A DNA stretch of 64,000 bases from an uncultured Peptococcaceae bacterium (GCA_964637365.1 CAZWWH010000002.1:11528-75527); one strand, 5' to 3'. Shown: positions 37,499 through 47,651, numbered from the stretch's first letter. Made by a program: numbers and translations. Notes: generated by a model from the letters alone, not told the origin.

Positions 37499-38956
37499 AT
37501 GTCTATATCATATTGGGAAGATACCGTAACTTTGTCACCGCGAGAAGAACTCCAGGGGCCAATTCGTACGGAAGTGGCGGTTATCGGCGGAGGCATTACA
37601 GGTATTCTAACTGCTTATTATTTGCAGAGTGCTGGTAAAAAGGTAATCTTACTGGAGGCCGACCGCATGCTGCGCGGAGTTACCTCTGGAACTACCGCTA
37701 AGGTCACATCACAGCATGGTTTGATTTATGACAATTTACAGCGTTACTTTGGCGGTGAGGGCGCAGAGATTTATGCGACAGCCAACGAAAAAGCGATCTC
37801 TCACTATCGTGACCTCATTAAAGAAAAGGAAATTGACTGCGATTGGGAAGATGTTGATGCCTATATTTATTCCACAGAGGATTCACTCCGTATTGAACAG
37901 GAGGCAAAAGCTGCCCAAAGTGTCGGCATTAAAGCGGAATTTACCGATAAAACAGAGTTGCCCTTCGAAGTTAAGGCAGCGGTACGCTTCCCAAATCAGG
38001 GAAAATTCCATCCGTTAAAATTTCTTGCTGCCTTAGCCAAGGAGCTTACTATTTATGAAAATGTCCGGGTAAAGGAAGTTAATGATGGTGAAGTAATATG
38101 GGATGGCGGGACGGTACTTGCTGAAGATGTGATCATTGCGTCCCATTATCCCTTTATCAATTTTCCCGGATTTTACTTTCTAAAAATGCATCAGGAACGT
38201 TCTTATGTGGTAGCTGTGTCCAATGAAGCAAAGATTCGCAACCATTATTTGGAGGAGAATGGCCATTGTTCTTTCCGCAGTCATGGAGATGCTCTTTTTA
38301 TCGGCGGGGGAAATCATCGTACCGGCGAACATCACGGTACTGTATATGATGATCTGTGGATGCGGGCAAAGCATTGGTATCCTCAAAGCCGTCTTAAATA
38401 TTTTTGGTCTGCCCAGGATTGCATGACTGATGACAGCCTACCCTATATTGGGCGATATTCTTTGGATACACCTCATCTTTATTTGGCCACGGGCTTCGGC
38501 AAGTGGGGGATGACTAATGCCATGGTTGCAGCACATCTGTTAACGGATCTAATTACGGAAAAGCATTCTCCATATGCATCGCTTTATGACCCTGGGCGGT
38601 TAAAAATTTCAGCTTCAGCCAAGCAGTTTTTGGTTGATAGTGGTGAAACTATGAAAGGCTTGAGTAAATCCATATTTTCTATTGGATCACACCATATTGG
38701 GGATTTGGAAAAGGATTCTGCCAAAGTCATTGACCTTCATGGATCTTTAGCAGCCGTTTATCGTGATCAGGAAGGAAAAGACTCCGCAGTTTCCGCTGTC
38801 TGTTCTCATCTGGGATGTGCAATACACTGGAACCAGGATGAAAAAATCTTTGAATGTCCTTGTCATGGTTCTTGCTTTAGTCATCAAGGAAAGGTTCTAA
38901 GCGGTCCCGCGTTGAAGGATTTACCCCCTATTACTATTGAAGGTGTTAGCGTATAA
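37499..38956 (+). CDS. FAD-dependent oxidoreductase fused to C-terminal Rieske [2Fe-2S] domain
   Basis: N-terminal dinucleotide fold VAVIGGGITGILTAYYL. C-terminal Rieske motif CSHLGC...CPCHGSCF. RBS GGGAGG. Confidence 0.7.
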   Translation: MSISYWEDTVTLSPREELQGPIRTEVAVIGGGITGILTAYYLQSAGKKVILLEADRMLRGVTSGTTAKVTSQHGLIYDNLQRYFGGEGAEIYATANEKAISHYRDLIKEKEIDCDWEDVDAYIYSTEDSLRIEQEAKAAQSVGIKAEFTDKTELPFEVKAAVRFPNQGKFHPLKFLAALAKELTIYENVRVKEVNDGEVIWDGGTVLAEDVIIASHYPFINFPGFYFLKMHQERSYVVAVSNEAKIRNHYLEENGHCSFRSHGDALFIGGGNHRTGEHHGTVYDDLWMRAKHWYPQSRLKYFWSAQDCMTDDSLPYIGRYSLDTPHLYLATGFGKWGMTNAMVAAHLLTDLITEKHSPYASLYDPGRLKISASAKQFLVDSGETMKGLSKSIFSIGSHHIGDLEKDSAKVIDLHGSLAAVYRDQEGKDSAVSAVCSHLGCAIHWNQDEKIFECPCHGSCFSHQGKVLSGPALKDLPPITIEGVSV

Positions 38957-38957
38957 A

Positions 38958-39037
38958 ATGAAATTGAAATTCAATTTCATATTGACATGAAAGCGGTAAA
39001 GGAGTAAAATAAATATGAAATTGAAATTCAATTTCAT
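38958..39037 (+). promoter_or_regulatory. Two identical 23-bp perfect palindromes (putative Zur/Fur-family operators) bracketing a sigma70 promoter
   Basis: ATGAAATTGAAaTTCAATTTCAT at 38958-38980 and 39015-39037. TTGACA (38982-38987)-17-TAAAAT (39005-39010) lies between them. Directly upstream of the Fur-family gene and znuACB. Confidence 0.55.
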
Positions 39038-39075
39038 ATTTAACGCCATCTCTATTCTCTTTGAAGGAGGCTGCT

Positions 39076-39489
39076 ATGGGCTATAATACCAAACAAAGAG
39101 ACCGCATCATGGATTATTTACTTGCCAATCGTGACCGTCATATTACGGTGGATATTTTATTTGACGCCTTCCGGGAGGAAGGGAAATCCATTGGAAAGTC
39201 TACCATTTACCGCTATCTTGACATCTTAGTGAACGAAGGCACGGTACGTAAGTTCAAAATTGAGGAGGGGCATCCTGCCTGTTATCAATATTGTGGCGAT
39301 CATCAACATTGTTGCGAACATTTCCATCTAAAATGCGACAACTGTGGTGAACTATTCCATATTGATTCGGACTATTTGTTCAAAGCAAAGGATGAATTAA
39401 TGAATCTCTACGGCTTTGCTGTGGATTCATCGAAAACCGTACTTTATGGACGCTGTGCCAAATGCAGTGGGGAGGATGAAAATCAATGA
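39076..39489 (+). CDS. zur: Fur-family transcriptional regulator (likely zinc uptake regulator Zur)
   Basis: Fur-family DNA-binding N-terminus and C-terminal CxxC pairs (CEHFHLKCDNCG...CAKCSG). Heads a znuACB operon. Confidence 0.65.
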   Translation: MGYNTKQRDRIMDYLLANRDRHITVDILFDAFREEGKSIGKSTIYRYLDILVNEGTVRKFKIEEGHPACYQYCGDHQHCCEHFHLKCDNCGELFHIDSDYLFKAKDELMNLYGFAVDSSKTVLYGRCAKCSGEDENQ

Positions 39490-40439
39490 AACGTTTTTCC
39501 GCCATCATTTTAACGTTGTTTGCTTGCTTTTTCCTGGCGGCCTGCAGTGGTGACCAAGCGGCCAGTCAAGAGGAACCCAAAGGGGATTCTTCCGGTAAAA
39601 TTCAGGTGGTAGCTACGATTTTTCCCGTTTATGATTTTGCGAGAGAAGTCGGTGGGGATAATGTTTCGGTAACAAAGATTTTGCCCTCCGGTGTGGAGAG
39701 TCATTCCTTTGAGCCCAGCCCCTCCGATGTTATCACCATTAACGAGGCAGATCTTTTTCTTTATACCGGCGACACCATGGAACCTTGGGTATCCACAGTG
39801 ATCCGGGGGGCCGATTCTGATGCTCTTTCGGTCGGAGTCGTTTCCAAAGGCGTTCCTTTGCTTCGACTGAAGGATGAACATGATGAAGACAAAGAACATG
39901 AGGAGCATTACGATTATGACCCTCATATTTGGACCGATCCTGCCAGAGCCATGATTATGGTGGATAATATTACTGCCTATCTTTCTGGCTGCGACCCGCA
40001 GCATGCTGATGAATATACTGCTAATGCCGCTTCCTATAAAAAAGAACTTGAAGCTCTCGATAATAAAATAAAGGAAATTGTGACCAACGGTAAGAGAGAT
40101 GAAATTATATTTGGTGGTCGCTTTGCGTTTCTCTATTTTGTTGACCACTATGACCTGGATTATGATGCCGCTGTTGATTCCTGTTCCGATCATAGCGAGC
40201 CCAGCGCCAAGAAAATTGCGGAAATTATCACGGAGATAAGGGAAGATCAGATTCCCGTCATTTATTATGAGGAATTAACCAATCCCACGGTTTGCCAAAG
40301 TATTGCCGATGATACCGGCGCGAAAATGTTGATGCTTCATTCCTGCCATAATGTCACAGAAGAAGAGTTGGCAAACGGCACTACCTATCTGTCGTTGATG
40401 GAGCAAAACGCCGAGAATCTGAAAGAGGGATTGAACTGA
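39486..40439 (+). CDS. znuA: Zinc ABC transporter substrate-binding lipoprotein
   Basis: Lipobox LAACSGD. Cluster-9 metal-binding SBP fold. His/Asp/Glu-rich loop (DEHDEDKEHEEHYDYDPH). Confidence 0.75.
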   Translation: MKRFSAIILTLFACFFLAACSGDQAASQEEPKGDSSGKIQVVATIFPVYDFAREVGGDNVSVTKILPSGVESHSFEPSPSDVITINEADLFLYTGDTMEPWVSTVIRGADSDALSVGVVSKGVPLLRLKDEHDEDKEHEEHYDYDPHIWTDPARAMIMVDNITAYLSGCDPQHADEYTANAASYKKELEALDNKIKEIVTNGKRDEIIFGGRFAFLYFVDHYDLDYDAAVDSCSDHSEPSAKKIAEIITEIREDQIPVIYYEELTNPTVCQSIADDTGAKMLMLHSCHNVTEEELANGTTYLSLMEQNAENLKEGLN

Positions 40440-41146
40440 TGTACTTAGCTTGTGATCATTTAACAATGAAATATGAGAATACTTTAGCGCTGGATGACAT
40501 TAGCTTTCAGGTAGATGCCGGTGATTATCTCTGTATTTTGGGAGCCAATGGCTCAGGGAAGAGTACACTTTTGAAGGCGATTCTTGGACTTCTCCCTGTA
40601 AAGAATGGCAGTGTTGTCTATGGGGACGGGGTGAGAGCCTCTGAAATCGGCTATCTGCCTCAGCAAACTGTAGTGCAAAAAGATTTTCCCGCATCGGTAT
40701 GGGAAGTGGTTCTCTCCGGTACCTTAAACGGATGCGGCTTAAGGCCCTTTTATTCTCGCCAAGTGAAAGCAATGGCGGAACACAATATGGAACGGCTAGG
40801 TATTACTGATTTACGAAAGAAAAGCTATCGTGAGCTCTCCGGCGGTCAGCAGCAGCGTGTCCTTTTGGCTCGGGCGCTCTGTGCTACCAAAAAATTGTTA
40901 TTACTCGACGAGCCGGTCACCGGCCTGGATCCTGTGATTACGTCGGAGCTTTATGAACTGATCGGAACAATTAATCGAGAAGAGGGAATTTCTGTGATTA
41001 TGGTGACCCATGATATGGAAGGAGCCTTAAAGCACAGCAATAAAATTCTGCATTTAGACCAAAAGGTTCTATTTTTTGGGGATACTGAGACTTACACCCA
41101 CTCGAAAATTTGCAGAATCTTTTTGGGAGGAAAATGCCAATGCTAA
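40439..41146 (+). CDS. znuC: Zinc ABC transporter ATP-binding protein
   Basis: Walker A GANGSGKST, signature LSGGQQQR, Walker B LLLDEP. Confidence 0.75.
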   Translation: MYLACDHLTMKYENTLALDDISFQVDAGDYLCILGANGSGKSTLLKAILGLLPVKNGSVVYGDGVRASEIGYLPQQTVVQKDFPASVWEVVLSGTLNGCGLRPFYSRQVKAMAEHNMERLGITDLRKKSYRELSGGQQQRVLLARALCATKKLLLLDEPVTGLDPVITSELYELIGTINREEGISVIMVTHDMEGALKHSNKILHLDQKVLFFGDTETYTHSKICRIFLGGKCQC

Positions 41147-42006
41147 CATTATTCCAACAAATTTTTTCCTACGATTTTTTGGTGCGGGCATTGGTGGTAG
41201 GTTCGCTCGTGTCAGTCTGTGCCTCTCTTCTCGGCGTGACCTTGGTCCTGAAGCGTTATTCTATGATAGGAGACGGTTTGGCTCATGTGGGTTTTGGTGC
41301 TCTTTCTGTGGCTTTGGCCATGAATGTGACCCCCTTGCAAATTTCCATTCCTGTCGTGATGATCGCCGCTGTCCTGTTGCTGCGCATTAGTGAAACCAGT
41401 AAAATTAAAGGGGATGCTGCCATTGCTCTGATTTCCAGCAGCGCTATTGCCATTGGTGTCATTGTAACCTCCTTAACCAGTGGTTTAAGCGTAGATATTT
41501 ACAGCTATATGTTCGGCAGTATTCTCGCCATGGGCCGTCAGGACGTGTTCTTGAGCGTTGCCTTGTCTGTCATTGTATTTATTCTTTTTATACTCTTTTA
41601 CCATAAGATTTTCGCTGTAACCTTCGATGAAAATTTTGCGCGGGCTACCGGTACCCGTTCCGGGGTCTATAATATGTTGATTGCGCTTTTAACAGCCTGC
41701 ACCATTGTGGTGGGGATGCGCATTATGGGTACGATGTTGATTTCCAGTCTGATTATCTTTCCTGCTCTTACTTCTATGCGGATATTTAAGAGCTTCCGTA
41801 TGGTTATTATCAGCTCTGCTGTGGTTTCTATTGTTTGCTTTTTCTGGGGAATTGTGTTATCCTTTGGTCAGTCATTGCCAGCAGGAGCCAGTATTGTTTT
41901 AGTAAATCTTTTGGCATTGGGGCTGTTCTCCCTGATTGGCTTCTTGATTTCAAAATTGAATAGGAGAAAACTTCATGGACAAAAAGAAAATAGAGCGTAT
42001 CAATGA
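41134..42006 (+). CDS. znuB: Zinc ABC transporter permease
   Basis: 8-TM ABC-3 family permease. Confidence 0.7.
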   Translation: MPMLTLFQQIFSYDFLVRALVVGSLVSVCASLLGVTLVLKRYSMIGDGLAHVGFGALSVALAMNVTPLQISIPVVMIAAVLLLRISETSKIKGDAAIALISSSAIAIGVIVTSLTSGLSVDIYSYMFGSILAMGRQDVFLSVALSVIVFILFILFYHKIFAVTFDENFARATGTRSGVYNMLIALLTACTIVVGMRIMGTMLISSLIIFPALTSMRIFKSFRMVIISSAVVSIVCFFWGIVLSFGQSLPAGASIVLVNLLALGLFSLIGFLISKLNRRKLHGQKENRAYQ

Positions 42007-42307
42007 ACTTGCAAGAAAGGCAAAGACCCAAGGCCTAACTGCGGCAGAAACGGAAGAACGAGCTGGGCTGCGAAAGGAGTATATCGCATCTTTTCGTAAC
42101 AATATGCGCGCTACATTAGATAGCATCGTCATTCAGGAGTCTGACGGCACCTTAACCCCTCTGAAGAAAAAGGAGCCCCATCAGGTGCATCCTCATGAGC
42201 ACTGTGGTTGCGGTTGTCATGATCATCATCACGAACACCATCATGAGCGTCATGACGGCCACTGCGGTTGCAGACATCATCATGATGATAGTACTCTAAA
42301 ACATTGA
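41975..42307 (+). CDS. Small DUF896-like protein with His/Cys-rich C-terminal metal-binding tail
   Basis: N-terminal helical region (IERINELARKAKTQGLTAAETEERAGLRKEYI) followed by HPHEHCGCGCHDHHHEHHHERHDGHCGCRHHHDD. Overlaps the znuB 3' end by 32 nt. Confidence 0.5.
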   Translation: MDKKKIERINELARKAKTQGLTAAETEERAGLRKEYIASFRNNMRATLDSIVIQESDGTLTPLKKKEPHQVHPHEHCGCGCHDHHHEHHHERHDGHCGCRHHHDDSTLKH

Positions 42308-42561
42308 CAGACTTCTCAAGTTCCATAATCAATTCTCAAAAGAGGCATAAGCCTCTTTTTGATTTTTTTGTGATTTTTTTCAATAATTTTTAGGTCATTG
42401 GGAAACAGCAGGTCAGCACGGAATGGTAAATTTGCAATTCGGCGCTGTTTCGTTTACAATAGATAGTAATTGCAAAACAGAAAAATAAAATGCAATTTCG
42501 TGGAAGTATTGGCAGCAAAATACCTGTTAAAAGGGAATTTTGGCATTTGGAGGAATCATTC

Positions 42562-44898
42562 ATGCTGGAGACAATTATAAAGAGAGATTTTCGAGAGGTG
42601 CCTTTTGACGAGGACAAAATTGTCCAAGCCATTGTAAAAGCCTTTAAAGCTTCAGGCAGTACCAAACGGGAAGAAACGGCTCAGGAATTGACAAAACAAG
42701 TTGTGGCCTTTCTGGAGGAAGAGGGCAACGACCACCCCACAGTGGAACATATTCAAGATATCGTGGAACGCGTTTTGATGGATAACGGCTTTGTGCAGAC
42801 AGCCAAAGCTTATATTCTTTACCGGGCCGAAAGAAGCCGCGTTCGTGAAATGAATACCAGTTTGATGAAAGTGTATCACGATATCACTTTTAAATCGGCA
42901 AAGGAGTCTGATATTAAGCGCGAAAATGCCAATATTGACGGTGATACGGCCATGGGAACCATGCTGAAATACGGCTCTGAAGGCTCCAAGCAATTTTATG
43001 AAATGTTCGTTTTGGATAAGGAATTCGCCACGGCTCACCGTGAAGGGGATATCCATATCCATGATATGGATTTTTACACTCTTACTACCACTTGTTGTCA
43101 GATAGATTTACAAAATCTATTCCATGGCGGATTTTCTACCGGCCACGGGGTGCTCAGAGAACCCAATGATATTTCAAGCTACGCTGCCTTGGCCTGCATC
43201 GCCATTCAAAGTAATCAGAACGACCAGCATGGCGGCCAAAGTATTGCAAATTTCGATTACGGTATGGCGCCCGGTGTGTATAAAACCTTTGTGAAGCGTT
43301 TTAAAACCAATTTAGGTAATGCGCTGGAGCTTCTCGCCAATCGCAGCGACTTCGCAGAATTGGCGGAAAATGTTTTGGAACATTGTGGAAAGCCTGCCAT
43401 GGAAGGGGATGAGCAAAATACTCGTTGCTGTCAGTACCTTGTGGAACAGGGCTTTGCCGAAGATTTGTCCGAAAGAATCGTGGGATTTGCCCAGCGAAAG
43501 GCCATGGAGGAAACGGATCGCTTGACCTATCAGGCTATGGAAGCCTTTATCCATAATCTCAATACCATGCATTCCCGGGCCGGAGCTCAAACTCCCTTTT
43601 CTTCTATTAATTACGGAACAGATACCAGCCCCGAAGGTCACTTGCTGATTAAAAATCTTCTTTTAGCTACAGAAGCAGGTTTAGGCAGGGGAGAAACACC
43701 GATTTTCCCTATTCAAATTTTCCGCATCAAGGAAGGAAAAAATTACGAGCCCGGTGATCCCAACTATGATCTATTCCGTCTGGCTTGCCGTGTCAGTGCC
43801 AAGCGGTTATTCCCTAATTTCTCTTTTCAGGATGCTCCCTATAATCTTCAATATTATAAAGAAGGGCATCCTGAAACCGAAATTGCCTATATGGGCTGCC
43901 GTACTCGCGTCATTGGTAATTATCACGATAAAGACCAGGAGGTTTCCACACGCAGAGGAAATCTTTCCTTTACTTCTATTAACTTGCCCCGTATTGCCAT
44001 TCGCTCCAATGGTGACTTGAATTTCTTCTTCGATGAGTTGGAACGAAAAATGGATTTGGCAGTGCGCCAGCTCAATGAACGCTTTGCCATTCAGTGCAAA
44101 AAGAAGGTAAAAAATTTCCCCTTCCTGATGGGACAAGGTGTTTGGCTTGACAGCGAAAAACTCGATTGGGATGACGAAGTAGGCGAAGTATTGAAGCACG
44201 GTACTTTGTCCGTCGGTTTCATCGGTTTGGCTGAAACCTTAGTAGCGCTTTGCGGCAGCCATCATGGGGAAAGCGAAAAAGCCCAGAATCTTGGTTTGGA
44301 AATTGTTGGCTTTATGAGAAATTATCTTGATAATCTTACGAAAAAAACAGGCCTTAACTATACTCTTTTGGCGACGCCTGCCGAGGGACTCAGCGGCCGC
44401 TTTGTGAGAATGGATAAAAAGCGCTTCGGCATTATCAAAGGCGTGACGGATCGTGACTACTATACCAACAGCTTTCATGTTCCTGTCTATTATCCTATCA
44501 GTGCCTTTGAGAAAATACATTTGGAAGCGCCATACCATGCCATGACCAACGCTGGCCATATTACTTACGTAGAAATGGATGGCGATATTGCCCAAAACCT
44601 TGATGTATTTGAAAAACTGATTCGCGCAATGAAGGAGGCCGGCATCGGTTACGGTTCCATCAATCACCCAGTAGACCGTGACCCTGTCTGCGGTTATAAC
44701 GGCATTATTGGTGATACCTGCCCCCATTGCGGACGCAGTGAAAACAATGTAGAATTTGAAAGAATTCGCCGTATTACTGGTTATTTGGTCGGTACACTTA
44801 ATCGCTTCAATAATGCCAAACGTGCCGAGGAACGTGACCGTTTGGTTCACGGGAAAGAAGGGTTACATGAACATACAAATTGCGGAACTTGTGAATGA
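42562..44898 (+). CDS. nrdD: Anaerobic ribonucleoside-triphosphate reductase
   Basis: ATP-cone N-terminus. Class III RNR core. C-terminal Zn-ribbon (CGYNGIIGDTCPHCG) and glycyl-radical motif (RITGYLVG). RBS GGAGG. Confidence 0.85.
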   Translation: MLETIIKRDFREVPFDEDKIVQAIVKAFKASGSTKREETAQELTKQVVAFLEEEGNDHPTVEHIQDIVERVLMDNGFVQTAKAYILYRAERSRVREMNTSLMKVYHDITFKSAKESDIKRENANIDGDTAMGTMLKYGSEGSKQFYEMFVLDKEFATAHREGDIHIHDMDFYTLTTTCCQIDLQNLFHGGFSTGHGVLREPNDISSYAALACIAIQSNQNDQHGGQSIANFDYGMAPGVYKTFVKRFKTNLGNALELLANRSDFAELAENVLEHCGKPAMEGDEQNTRCCQYLVEQGFAEDLSERIVGFAQRKAMEETDRLTYQAMEAFIHNLNTMHSRAGAQTPFSSINYGTDTSPEGHLLIKNLLLATEAGLGRGETPIFPIQIFRIKEGKNYEPGDPNYDLFRLACRVSAKRLFPNFSFQDAPYNLQYYKEGHPETEIAYMGCRTRVIGNYHDKDQEVSTRRGNLSFTSINLPRIAIRSNGDLNFFFDELERKMDLAVRQLNERFAIQCKKKVKNFPFLMGQGVWLDSEKLDWDDEVGEVLKHGTLSVGFIGLAETLVALCGSHHGESEKAQNLGLEIVGFMRNYLDNLTKKTGLNYTLLATPAEGLSGRFVRMDKKRFGIIKGVTDRDYYTNSFHVPVYYPISAFEKIHLEAPYHAMTNAGHITYVEMDGDIAQNLDVFEKLIRAMKEAGIGYGSINHPVDRDPVCGYNGIIGDTCPHCGRSENNVEFERIRRITGYLVGTLNRFNNAKRAEERDRLVHGKEGLHEHTNCGTCE

Positions 44899-45361
44899 CT
44901 CCATCGTTGATGGAAAAGGGCTGCGCTTGAGCATTTATGTTCAGGGATGCAGCCATCACTGCAAAGGGTGCCATAATCCACAAACCCATGATCCCCGGGG
45001 CGGAAAAACCATGGCGATTGAAGAAATCTGGGCGCTGGCTCAAAAGAATCCCCTGATAGATGGCTTGACCTTTAGCGGCGGGGAACCTATGGAACAGCCA
45101 ATTCCTCTCATTGCATTGGCTCGAAAAGCGAAAGATGCGGGGATGGGTATCTGGTGCTATACCGGTTATACCTGGGAGGAACTGGTGAATTCTGATGATG
45201 ACCGCAAAGAGCTCCTTGGACTCGTCGATGTTTTGGTAGAAGGTCCTTTTAAGCTAGAAGAGCGCACGCTTTCTATGGCTTTTAAGGGGTCGAAAAATCA
45301 AAGAATCATCGATGTTCCTCAAAGCCTTGCCAAAGGAAAAATCGTATTATTTATGGAATAA
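44867..45361 (+). CDS. nrdG: Anaerobic RNR activating protein (radical SAM)
   Basis: CxxxCxxC-type cluster motif (GCSHHCKGCHNP). Overlaps the nrdD 3' end. Confidence 0.75.
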   Translation: MNIQIAELVNDSIVDGKGLRLSIYVQGCSHHCKGCHNPQTHDPRGGKTMAIEEIWALAQKNPLIDGLTFSGGEPMEQPIPLIALARKAKDAGMGIWCYTGYTWEELVNSDDDRKELLGLVDVLVEGPFKLEERTLSMAFKGSKNQRIIDVPQSLAKGKIVLFME

Positions 45362-45409
45362 CTTAAGGGCGGTGTGTGAAAATGCGCCGCCTAGTTTTAT
45401 AATAAGGAG

Positions 45410-47629
45410 GTGGGGTTTTTGCTATATGCTGAGGTGTTAATCAATCGAAAAGTAGAAGCTCTGGATCATGGCTTTACCTATGAAATCCCGCCGGAGCTTT
45501 TTGATGAGATTCATGTGGGCAGTGTCGTTTCCGTCCCTTTTGGTGCTCAAACGGTCAAGGGCATTGTTTTGAGTATTACCGATGACCCCGGTGACATAAC
45601 GCCGAAGTACATTGACAGCCTTGTAAATGAATCCTTTATTTTCCCCGAAGATTTGTTGGAATTGGCAAATTATTTGGGGGAATACTACATGAATCCTAAA
45701 ATGTCTGTATTGCGTGCCATGATTCCTCGTGGGGTAAACCTTTTTGGCAAAGCGCTGAAGGCGAAGACTGAGTCTTACTATACTTTAGCGCCTTGGGCGG
45801 AGATATCGGGGCTTCGCAGTGAAAAGCAGAAGGTAATCGTAGAGTACCTTTCTGAGTACAGTGAAATTTCTCTTTCAGAAGCCTTGAATGAACAGGGATT
45901 TTCCCAATCCTCACTGCAAAACCTCGTAAAAAAGGGCATTCTTCTCAAGCAGCAGCGACCTGTACGCCGCGGCCGATATACCGTCAATCTTAATACCCCA
46001 AATGGGTTTATTTTGACTGATGAACAAAGAAATGTGCTCCATGCCATCAGAAATCGTAGTGAGAATGATAAGCGGCCGATATTGTTACACGGCGTCACCG
46101 GCTCCGGGAAAACCGAAGTATATCTTCGGCTGGTCGCCGATGCTATGGCCAAGGGAAAACAGTCCATTGTGTTGATGCCTGAAATCGCTTTGACGCCTCA
46201 ATTTATTTCCGTTTTTGAACAGCGCTTTACTGGAAAAGTCGTTTTGATGCACAGCCGTCTCAGCGCTGGAGAACGGCGGGACGCTTGGTATGCCGCTCGT
46301 TACGGTGAAGCGTCGGTGATTTTGGGAGCGCGCTCTGCGGTGTTTGCACCCGTTTGCAACTTGGGGCTCATCGTCATGGATGAGGAGCATGAGGAAAGCT
46401 ACTACCAAAGTAATACTCCCAGATTTCACGCAAGAGAAGCAGCGGCAAAGCGCTGTGAAATGGCGGGAGCATTGTTTGTAATGGGCAGCGCTACTCCATC
46501 TTTTGAGTCCTATAAAAAAGCAAAGGATGGTACCGTTCAGCTTTTATCAATGGCGCATCGTGTCAATGAACGTCCCTTGCCGAAGGTGAAAATTGTCGAT
46601 ATGAGAGATGAGTTAAGAGCTGGCTGGACTGACGTATTAAGCCGCCCTTTGTTAGAGGCTATAGGAAAAAATCTAGAGCAGAAAAAACAAACAGTCCTGT
46701 TTTTGAATCGTTTAGGCTCTCATACCTTCGTTTCCTGTCGTGATTGTGGTTTTGTGCATACTTGCCCCGACTGCGGCATATCTCTCATTTATTATGAAGG
46801 AAAAAAGACTTTGCACTGCAACCATTGTGATTATGAAATTGAGATGAAGCAAGCCTGCCCGCAATGTGGTAGTTACAGAATTCGGTATTTCGGTTTGGGA
46901 ACTGAGGGACTTGAAAAAGCGGTGCGAAAAAATTTCCCCCAAGCCGGTATTGACCGTTTAGATTCCGATAGCACAAAGCATAAAGGTGATTTTGACCGTA
47001 TATATCAGCGGATGAAGAGTAGTGAAACGGATATTCTTATTGGAACAAAAATGGTTACCAAAGGATGGGATTTTCCCAATTTAACTTTAATCGGCGTCAT
47101 CGCCGCAGATTTGACCCTGAATTTTCCCGACTTTCGTTCCGGAGAAAGGGCTTTTCAGACCATTACCCAGGTAGCGGGCCGTTGCGGCCGAAGCAATGAG
47201 GTGGGACAGGTGATTTTACAGACCTATCGCCCCAATGATCCTGTCATTCGCGGCGGCAGCCATCAGGACTATGCCACTTATTACGAATGGGAGTCGGAAA
47301 AGAGGGCAGGATATGGTTATCCACCCTTTACCCACGAGGGAAAAATCGTCCTTTCCGCACCTCGTAGTTATTTATTCCAGCATGAGTTGGATCGGATTCA
47401 CGAAAAGTTGGAAGAGACCGTTTCCAGAGATACCTTGGTGCTTGGTCCCGCTCCGGCGGTTTATCGTTACCGCAAAGAAATGGAAAAATGGGTCGTAACC
47501 TTGGTGAATAAAAAACTTTCTGTCTTAAGGAACGAAATAAAAGAAGGACTTCGCCGCTTAAAGGTAGAAAATATATTAGATAAGAATATTGTGGTGCAGG
47601 TGGAACTCGATCCCCTGGATATTATTTAG
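45410..47629 (+). CDS. priA: Primosomal protein N' (replication restart helicase PriA)
   Basis: Walker A GVTGSGKTEVY, DEEH box, C-terminal Cys4 zinc-binding motifs. Confidence 0.8.
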   Translation: MGFLLYAEVLINRKVEALDHGFTYEIPPELFDEIHVGSVVSVPFGAQTVKGIVLSITDDPGDITPKYIDSLVNESFIFPEDLLELANYLGEYYMNPKMSVLRAMIPRGVNLFGKALKAKTESYYTLAPWAEISGLRSEKQKVIVEYLSEYSEISLSEALNEQGFSQSSLQNLVKKGILLKQQRPVRRGRYTVNLNTPNGFILTDEQRNVLHAIRNRSENDKRPILLHGVTGSGKTEVYLRLVADAMAKGKQSIVLMPEIALTPQFISVFEQRFTGKVVLMHSRLSAGERRDAWYAARYGEASVILGARSAVFAPVCNLGLIVMDEEHEESYYQSNTPRFHAREAAAKRCEMAGALFVMGSATPSFESYKKAKDGTVQLLSMAHRVNERPLPKVKIVDMRDELRAGWTDVLSRPLLEAIGKNLEQKKQTVLFLNRLGSHTFVSCRDCGFVHTCPDCGISLIYYEGKKTLHCNHCDYEIEMKQACPQCGSYRIRYFGLGTEGLEKAVRKNFPQAGIDRLDSDSTKHKGDFDRIYQRMKSSETDILIGTKMVTKGWDFPNLTLIGVIAADLTLNFPDFRSGERAFQTITQVAGRCGRSNEVGQVILQTYRPNDPVIRGGSHQDYATYYEWESEKRAGYGYPPFTHEGKIVLSAPRSYLFQHELDRIHEKLEETVSRDTLVLGPAPAVYRYRKEMEKWVVTLVNKKLSVLRNEIKEGLRRLKVENILDKNIVVQVELDPLDII

Positions 47630-47651
47630 TATGAAAAGAGAATGAAGCGAT

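Noticed and set aside
38958-39060. The palindromes could encode tiny peptides (MKLKFNFI...) or be IS terminal inverted repeats
   Set aside because: There is no transposase nearby. The perfect dyad symmetry flanking a promoter directly upstream of a Fur-family gene fits an operator far better.
42330-42561. Looked for NrdR boxes or a B12 riboswitch upstream of nrdD
   Set aside because: There is no convincing NrdR palindrome (acaCwAtATaTwGtgt) and no cobalamin core sequence. NrdD is B12-independent anyway.
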